A stretch of 64,000 nt of DNA from positions 32,240,001-32,304,000 of the forward strand of contig OX597825.1 of NCBI GenBank assembly GCA_951406725.2. The letters run 5' to 3'. The position numbers and the translations under genes were made by a program. The notes below the pieces were generated by a model, which did not search any database, had not been told where the DNA came from, and was given only the letters and a program-made list of their open reading frames with translations. Shown one piece after another: positions 55,547 through 64,000 of this stretch (position 1 is the first letter of the stretch; each line of letters starts with the position of its first letter). Source of the stretch: Octopus vulgaris (taxonomy: Eukaryota).

Positions 55547-55613
<67 letters not shown>

Positions 55614-56461
55614 GTGTATATACATCTGTCTTTATATATATATGTGTATGTGTGTGCACATATAACAATAGCAGAAGTAATAACAGCAAAAACAACAACA
55701 ACAACAACAACAACAACAATAATAATAATAATAATAACAATAACAATACTAATAATAATGTCAAAACTGGAAATATTTTTTCCGTTATACTTGCACCTAA
55801 TTTCACATTATCTCTTTTGACGCAACGGAATTCTTTGTTGAAATTACAGGTTTGTTTAGGTGATAAATATTTGATGAAAACGAGGTTTGTAATTACCGAG
55901 TTTCTAAAATTTAAAATTAAGCACGAAACATTTTACGGTTGGCAAGCACCTTAGATATAAAGTGAAGAAGCAAAGATAGAATGATAAAAGTACGAAGTGC
56001 AGATAAATAAAGCGTCTACAACGTGTATAGGAAAATAGAGAGGTAGCGGAGTAGAAAGTGTATAGTATAGAAACATATAGAGAAAGAAATAAGGAAGAAG
56101 TGGGTTTATCTCTGTATAATACTGGATACAATGAATTTCATAGAAAAAACAAACAACACAAAACTAGCGTTTATTTGAATGAAGAATGTACACGGATTAA
56201 AAAGTGTAAAACTGACTGAATCTATAGAAAGAAGCATGTAAGAGAGGATGATGGAAGATTTCAGGTTCAGATCGAGTTGAATTGTAGCAGAAGGAAGTCT
56301 TTCAAAACTAGAAAGAAAAAGGATATTTATTAGGGAGGAGTGTGAAAGCGAATAATAAATAGTAGGATTTATAATAAAGTAACCAACAGTGGGAAAGAGA
56401 GAAAGAGAGAGAGGAGGAGGAGAATAACGAAAGAACAGAAGAAATAGCAATGTAGTGATAT

Positions 56462-56505
<44 letters not shown>

Positions 56506-57899
56506 AGCTTACAGAGAAAGCAATCGATCGTTGCCCAACGTAAACAGAAAATAATAAAAACAGAAAGCAAACTAAAAGGTACAATAAAAATATTAAAAGG
56601 TGTACGTGTTTCTACAGAGAAATTTACCTTTAATTTAGCATTCTTATTTTCGATGATTTTCATTTTGGCCCCAAATCCATTTGAACAATGCTTAGCAATG
56701 AATGGAGAAAGATGGAGAAGAATGCTTACGGAATAGAGAAAAAAGAAGGGAGAAAAAAAGGAATGAGATAGGAATGATGAAAAGTAGAGAGTACAAAATT
56801 GGGAAAGTAGATTATCGGTTTTGAAACAAGTTATTAAAATGCAATAAAGTAAAATAATGTAGGAATGTGCTCGAAATTCAACAGACAGATTCAAGTTAGT
56901 ATATGAATATTGAGAAAGAGGCAAGAGGAAACAAAACAGTTTATTAATAGTTTTCAGTATTCGCAAAATATAGCAATACTTAAGTAGGAGACAGAATTCG
57001 GATTAGAAGGGGATCTTTAAATATCCATAATGTACTTATAGAACTTTGGAAAACTTCCAAAAGAACAAAATAATTTAATAGAATTTTATTCATAAAATTA
57101 TAATGTAAGCAAATGATGTTTCTTAGGAAAACCTTGTTTTAGTGATGGCATTTTAAAATTAGCTTAGTCCTTGAATTCAGCAAGTTGACAGGAAACGTCA
57201 AATATACAATTTTCACAGGGGAATACACTGCATGATTTAGATCGTCCAGAATATATCTTTAAGTTATGACACTGACGACAGTACATTGAAGTTTATGAAA
57301 ATTTCATATTTTAGCCAACATGCATGATGTGTGAGAGAAAGGTGGAATTTCTTTGTTACAGCTATCTAAAAGAATACGTGTGCTGTGTATATCTGTCCTT
57401 AAAAGTGAGTTCCGTTAAGTTTTAATTACTTTGTTCTCTTTGTTCAGCGAACTTCACTTTCGTACAGCGTATCAATTGTTTGCCGAGGCGTGTGTCGTCA
57501 CGAAGATATAAATTAATGTTGTCTTAATTTCATTTGGGTTGGTTCAATGACAGGAGACTGTTGGTTTGGCTTTTTCAGAAATCAAGATTTTAATGCTGAC
57601 ACCATAACTGTGGCTAATTGTTGTGATGTTCTTGCTGAATATTTTGTGTATTTGATCAATTGCGACGTACCTCCGTACTAAGCTAAAGAAAATTTGGTTA
57701 TATTGATTGATATACTTCTTGAAGAAACGCAACTTTTATCATCTAGTAATATCTCACAAAACCATAACTACATAATTGCAACAGATTCTGGTTTTGTATT
57801 CCACACAGTTGGGTTGCGACTTTTAAGTTGCGAAAATTTACTAAATCACACAATATTTAACAAGAAAGGGAATATTTAAACTATATACATCGTTGAAAA

Positions 57900-59060
57900 G
57901 AAAGTGTAATCAAGCGTTTGCGTTGGAAGGTATGCTCCGACAATAAATTTATTATCAGGAGACCTGAAAAGGAGTATGAACGGAAGCCATAAAAGTGCCT
58001 CCAGCATATCAAATGCCATAAACACTTCAAATTCTACCTCATTAAGATGACAAAAAGGTAAGATTTCAAAACAACAACTAATTCTATAACTCCTTGAGTT
58101 AATGTAAGATATATTTAAAACAATCTTCGAGATTCTACAACTGTTCGGCTAAAGAACATAAAAGATAAATACTACAACTGACACTAAGCTTATGACAAAC
58201 CACTTCATTAAAACATAGGAAAAAAATCCCTAAATATACAAAATCTAAAGCCCCTAGTCCAAAGACAGTACAGTGATGACGGTTTGGGAAATTTCATACA
58301 GTACGAATGATCATAGATGGATTTAGAAAGGATTTAATAGACATATTTAGAGAGTTTAGCTTAAATTTATTTATTAGCACCAAGTTAACAATAGTCGATT
58401 TTATATGTATATTATATTAAAAACAGAGAAACATTACCATATAGAAAGTTAACGATATACGGTGACAAGTATTATACTCATCCAAATGTCATAACTAGGA
58501 ATCTGGTTGACTAGAAATTGGAGAGTCACCGAGCTATCCATCAGAGTGGGCCATCTTTGAGAAGATCTGCCCCTATTGTAACTAAAAGTGGTTTCAGTAA
58601 GAAGTTAGTTTACATGGAATATATCTTAACAAGAAGTGCCAGGAAGGGGAATATTCTGATTTAATCTACTCGATCATTTGGAAGTTTCAACAAGCATAGT
58701 AAATAGTTTCTCACCAATACATATACACAATAAGCGCTTCAATGCATATATCGCCGAAGTCAGCTATTCTTGCGTGAAAAAAACATTGCTTTCTAATCCT
58801 CTCCCGAACAGCTAAACTGCAGCAGTCAAAACCAGGCTACTTGCCCACTTAATAGTATTGTGTCTTAATAAAGTGGTTGCATGTCAATCAGTTCACACTT
58901 GGGCGATATCTAAAAATATTATTACGAGCTTAACGTAAACACATTCAAGGGCTGTTACCATTAACATGTTCAATTATTTAGGTCAAGGAGCAGAGAAATT
59001 CTAGTCTCTTATCACAATACATCTGAAAAATCAGGAGCTAAAATTTAGTATGCTCAAGAC
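57900..59060 (+). mobile_element. Highly decayed Penelope-like element
   Basis: QYSDDGLG, EVSYSC, TCPLN and TFKGCYH fragments in the order expected for Penelope RT followed by GIY-YIG. Confidence 0.7.
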
Positions 59061-59236
59061 CATATGAAAGAAATTCTTGAAGATTAGATCGCAGGTGATG
59101 GTCACTCACTATGTTGCTTGACTTCAATCTTGGTTTTTTTCTTCTTTAAAATTCTTTATCGCTCTTGTGATCCCCGAAAACAAGTTGTAACTTTTTGTTG
59201 GAAACCCTGAACCTTTCATTCGCCAAGAAGTCAGGT

Positions 59237-59313
<77 letters not shown>

Positions 59314-59314
59314 A

Positions 59315-60100
59315 AGTCAGCAATTCCCGGACACTGGACGAGTGTGCAGAAAAATTTCTTTACCTTGCGCGAATCTCGGACAGACTTAGCTTACAACACT
59401 TCTGTGCCTATAGAGTTTATCTTGAACTAGCAATGGTCCAAGGCAGCACTGCCAGGCCAGAGATCTCAGGAAATTATCTCTGAGTTTCGGACCGAAAGCC
59501 TTCCACAATAGATGAACCAGCTAATCTTCGTCAACGTCCAAAGATCCCCCGAGGACGTCATCTCTTTTGCCTGACACTCAACCTCTATGGAACGCTAACG
59601 TTGAACGTCCTATAACCACATTGCCCTACAAGTAGAAGCCAGTAAATACTTGATGGCATTCCATATACTAAGCTTCCCATCTCAATCTTTGCTTGATCCG
59701 AGGCTGTAAGACTGTAGCTCTGTCAAAGAAACGAGTCTGACGAATGGCGACCGCAGCGGTTCACCACCAAGGAATCGTCGGAGGTATCACGGTGAGCTGG
59801 CAGAAACGTTAGCACGCCGAGCGAAATGCGTAGCCGTATTTCGTCTACGGTTACGTTCTGAGTTCAAATTCCGCCGAGGTCGACTTTGCCTTTCATCCTT
59901 TCGGGGTCGATTAAATAAGTACCAGTTTCGCACTGGGGTCGATGTAATCGACTTAATATCTATGTATGTCCTTGTTTGTACCCTCTGTGTGTAGCCCCTT
60001 GTGGGCAATAAAGAAATAGGTTTCACGGTTTCAGCGCATACTTGCGCATCAGCAGCCACGACATGCAGAGTCCTCCTCTCTGTGGGTGTTGAGAGACATT
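59315..60100 (+). mobile_element. Degenerate RTE-like LINE 3' fragment interrupted by a family C SINE (59791-60018)
   Basis: The SINE has a 12-bp TSD aggt(a/t)tcacggt. Host sequence is GC-richer with weak RTE C-terminal resemblance. Confidence 0.5.
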
Positions 60101-60307
60101 GAAGTGTTTGCTCAGAGAAGGAAATGCAGAGGATGAGGAGGAGAGGAGGAAGGGAAGAGAAGAAAAGGAGTGGATGGGAAGGACAAGACAAATAACAATA
60201 ATGATATATAACACAATCACATGTATGTATATACACGCACATGAATGTATGCATATATGTATCTATGTATGTATGTATGTATGTATGTATGTATGTATGT
60301 ATGTATG

Positions 60308-60338
<31 letters not shown>

Positions 60339-60447
60339 GTATGTATGTATTTATGTATGTATGTAAGTATGTATGTATGTATATATGTATGTATGTAAGT
60401 ATGTATGTATGTATATATGTATGTGTGTATGTATGTATGTATGTATG

Positions 60448-60481
<34 letters not shown>

Positions 60482-60514
60482 TGTATGTATGTATGTATGT
60501 ATGAATGTATTATG

Positions 60515-60548
<34 letters not shown>

Positions 60549-61029
60549 TGTATGTATGTATACACTCCCATAGATAGATAAATAAGCATATGTTAGCTAT
60601 TAACTATTCATATTCCTTGGAGTCACAGTGTATATGGAATTGTGGCAAGATTTCTTACTGTTTTAGAATTATGAATTTCATAGATAATATATCATCTGTG
60701 CAACATTGTCAAGAAAATTCTGTATGACTCAGCCATGAAGAAGAAAAACATTTTAATGCTTAATTTTAGTAATGGCTTCACTCTAGGTATGTAGTCATCA
60801 AATACATCTGCTGGCAGCTATCTGTTTTGATTTCTGTCGTAAAAGTTTCACTACTAGGATGTTTTTCTTAAATTATTATTTCTAAATGTTTACAGTCAAT
60901 GTCTCATGACCTTGATATAAAAATACAATAGCTATTATATAATGCACGCGCTCATACACGTTCACGCGCGTATACATAACTATCTGTCTGTCTTCCTGTT
61001 TATCTATCTCTGTATTTATCTATATATTT

Positions 61030-61507
<478 letters not shown>

Positions 61508-61565
61508 GCACCATCTGTCCATCTCTCTCTCTCTCTCTCTCTGTCTATTTATTTCTGTGGTGTGT

Positions 61566-61619
<54 letters not shown>

Positions 61620-61699
61620 ATTGCGTATTGTTCGAACGAATTAGTTCACAGACTAGAGAACCCAAAAAAATCAAAGGAAATACTAAATGCACACTGCAC

Positions 61700-63540
61700 C
61701 ATGCCATATGGAAGTAAGTAAGTAAACCAGATGAGTTGTGCGACACTGCAGCTCTTCATGAAAAGGCGGCGACCATCGATTACATTAACATAAAGGAAGA
61801 AAATGTAATATCAGTCACAGAGTAAGTGAATTCAGACTCACGTCGAGACCTTGTGATTCTTGTACGGATAAATAAAAAGGCTCTAGTAAAACCGCTGCAG
61901 ATACTTTCCCAAAACTTTTTCGCAAGAAGTAAATTCTCTCAAATGTCTGAAGAGCATGGTGTACCATATCTAAGGAGTAGGAAGTAGGGTGGATGATGGG
62001 TCTCTAACTTCAAAGATCAGAACAAATTGTCAGAGGGATGCTGATTACGTTCTTAGAAGAAAATAGCTAGCCTACTGATATCCGGCAGAGCTTTCATCTG
62101 AGAAGGAGCTGCCTTACATTGTTTCTTAGATATCGATTTTACGAAGGCCTTCGATAAAGGTGATTTTGGATCGATACGTCACAAAATGTATGATCATGGC
62201 ACGGATGGAAAACTACGAGTGTAACAGCATGACTTTTAAAGAGAGGACATTAATTCTGAGTTGAGTCCTTCAAAGGGCCGTACTGGAGTTGTTTCTAGTG
62301 GCTCTCTTAGCGATACAGATAGTCACTCTCAAAAGTTACGCTGACGATACAAGATTATCACAGGCAATAAAAAAACCATAATGGCATCATATATCTACAG
62401 TCTGACCTAGATGTAACATGCAAATAGGTCGAAGAAAACATGTTGTTCAACATTAAGAAATATTAAACACTCTGAATTAGTCCCTTAAACATATCTAAGT
62501 CAGGCTACATAGATCCAAAGGAGATTGCGATCCCAGAGTCAAAAACATGTACATGACCTGGGATATAACGATATGTCTTTTCTGCGGCAAGCTGGCAGAA
62601 CCGTTAGCACGCCGGGCGAAATGCGTAGCTGTATTTCGTCTGCCATTACGTTCTGAGTTCAAATTCCGCCGAGGTCGACTTTGCCTTTCATCCTTTCGGG
62701 ATCGATAAATTAAGTACCAGTTACGCACTGGGGTCGATGTAATCGACTTAATCCGTTTGTCTGTCCTTGTTTGTCTCCTCTGTGTGTAGCCCCTTGTGGG
62801 TAATAAAGAAACGGATATGTCTTTTCTGGTGTAGATTACATTGTTGGTAACGATGAGTAGACGACTAGCTGGACTTCGAAATCTTTCAGAACGAGGGCAC
62901 AGGGAGTCATGTTTGGTCCAGTGGTAGACATTTGTTTGTTCCCATTTATAGTTGTCACATAGTGTCAAACTAATGGCATAACTTGAGGTAATCTATTTCT
63001 TTACTACCCACAAGGGGCTAAACACAGAGGAAACAAGGATAGACAGACAGATTAAGTCGATTGTTTGTAACTGGTACTTAAATTAAGTAACTGGTACTTA
63101 ATTTATCGACCCCGAAAGGATGAAAGGCAAAGTCGACCTCCGCGGAATTTGAACTCAGAGCGTAACGGCAGACGAAATACCTATTTCTTTACTACCCACA
63201 AGGGGCTAAACACAGAGAGGACAAACAAGGACAGACAAACTGATTAAGTCGATTATATCGACTCCAGTGCGTAACTGGTACTTATTTAATCGACCTCGAA
63301 AGGATGAAAGGCAAAGTCGACCTCGGCGGAATTTGAGCTCAGAACGTAACGGCAGACGAAATACGGCCACGCATTTCGTCCGGCGTGCTATCGTTTCTGC
63401 CAGCTCGCTGCCTTTGAGGTAATCTAATGCTGTTACACTAACAAGATTGCTTCAGTGCAACAGATGAGCTATTAAAAGAGGCTGAACGAACTGAGACTCC
63501 ACTCCTTGGAGAGAATATAAGTGAACGATATGCGTGTAAA
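61700..63540 (+). mobile_element. Decayed CR1/L2-like LINE RT with two nested family C SINE insertions
   Basis: IDFTKAFDKG, SYADDTRL and NMLFNIKK motifs. SINE 62585-62811 has TSD gatatgtcttttctg, and the SINE dimer 62995-63413 has TSD ttgaggtaatcta. Confidence 0.8.
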
Positions 63541-63854
63541 ATATGGAAAGTCAATTGGGGAAGCAATGCCTGTCATCGCCACTAATGGAGGAAATAAGTA
63601 TAGGAAGGAGTTGTTTTTTCGAAAAATTCCCACTCATTTCTCATGTAGAATTTAAGCGAGCTGCTAGAAAGGACACCGCCAGTAAAGTGAATAGGAGAAG
63701 CTTGGTCTGAAACATTTGCAGACATGTATGTTTATGCATTTTGCCCGACGTGCTTACGATTCTGCCAGCTCGCCGCCTTTATAAATATATAAATTGATAT
63801 ATCTAATCTGTTTATATATTTATTTATTCCTCTCTCCGTACTTCTCTCTCTCTT

Positions 63855-63987
<133 letters not shown>

Positions 63988-64000
63988 TATATATATCATG

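Noticed and set aside
56106-56966. 286-aa hydrophobic minus-strand ORF
   Set aside because: Low-complexity T/C-rich strand with an internal (TA)n and no domain motifs.

Overview
Repeat-rich, AT-rich animal genomic DNA. The SINE, microsatellite and Penelope/RTE content looks like an octopus (coleoid cephalopod) genome; this assignment is from recall, not a database search. Nearly all ORFs in the six-frame track are microsatellite artefacts. The one clear intact gene is a + strand ankyrin-repeat/SOCS-box (ASB-type Cullin5 adaptor) gene whose whole CDS lies in one exon (about 17226-18074). Splice signals on the - strand suggest a second gene missed by the ORF track, with phase-compatible candidate exons at about 21740-21467, 19767-19596, 16459-16410 and 2046-1954. 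If it is real, the ASB gene (candidate TATA 16487 to poly(A) signals near 19400) is nested antisense inside one 3.1-kb intron and fills almost all of it. A sharp CpG-depletion boundary near 21 kb fits this model (methylated gene body to the left). The rest is transposon debris: three modular tRNA-derived SINE families (one also moving as a fixed dimer), mariner, Tc1 and maT elements, MITEs, and R4/Dong-type, RTE, CR1/L2-like and Penelope remnants. Several minimal hammerhead-ribozyme motifs occur in Penelope-type repeats, including recurrent core variants and an inverted pair forming a hairpin in the ASB 3' UTR. Nothing here proves a wholly new biological system; the nested gene and the hammerhead-bearing repeats are the best leads.
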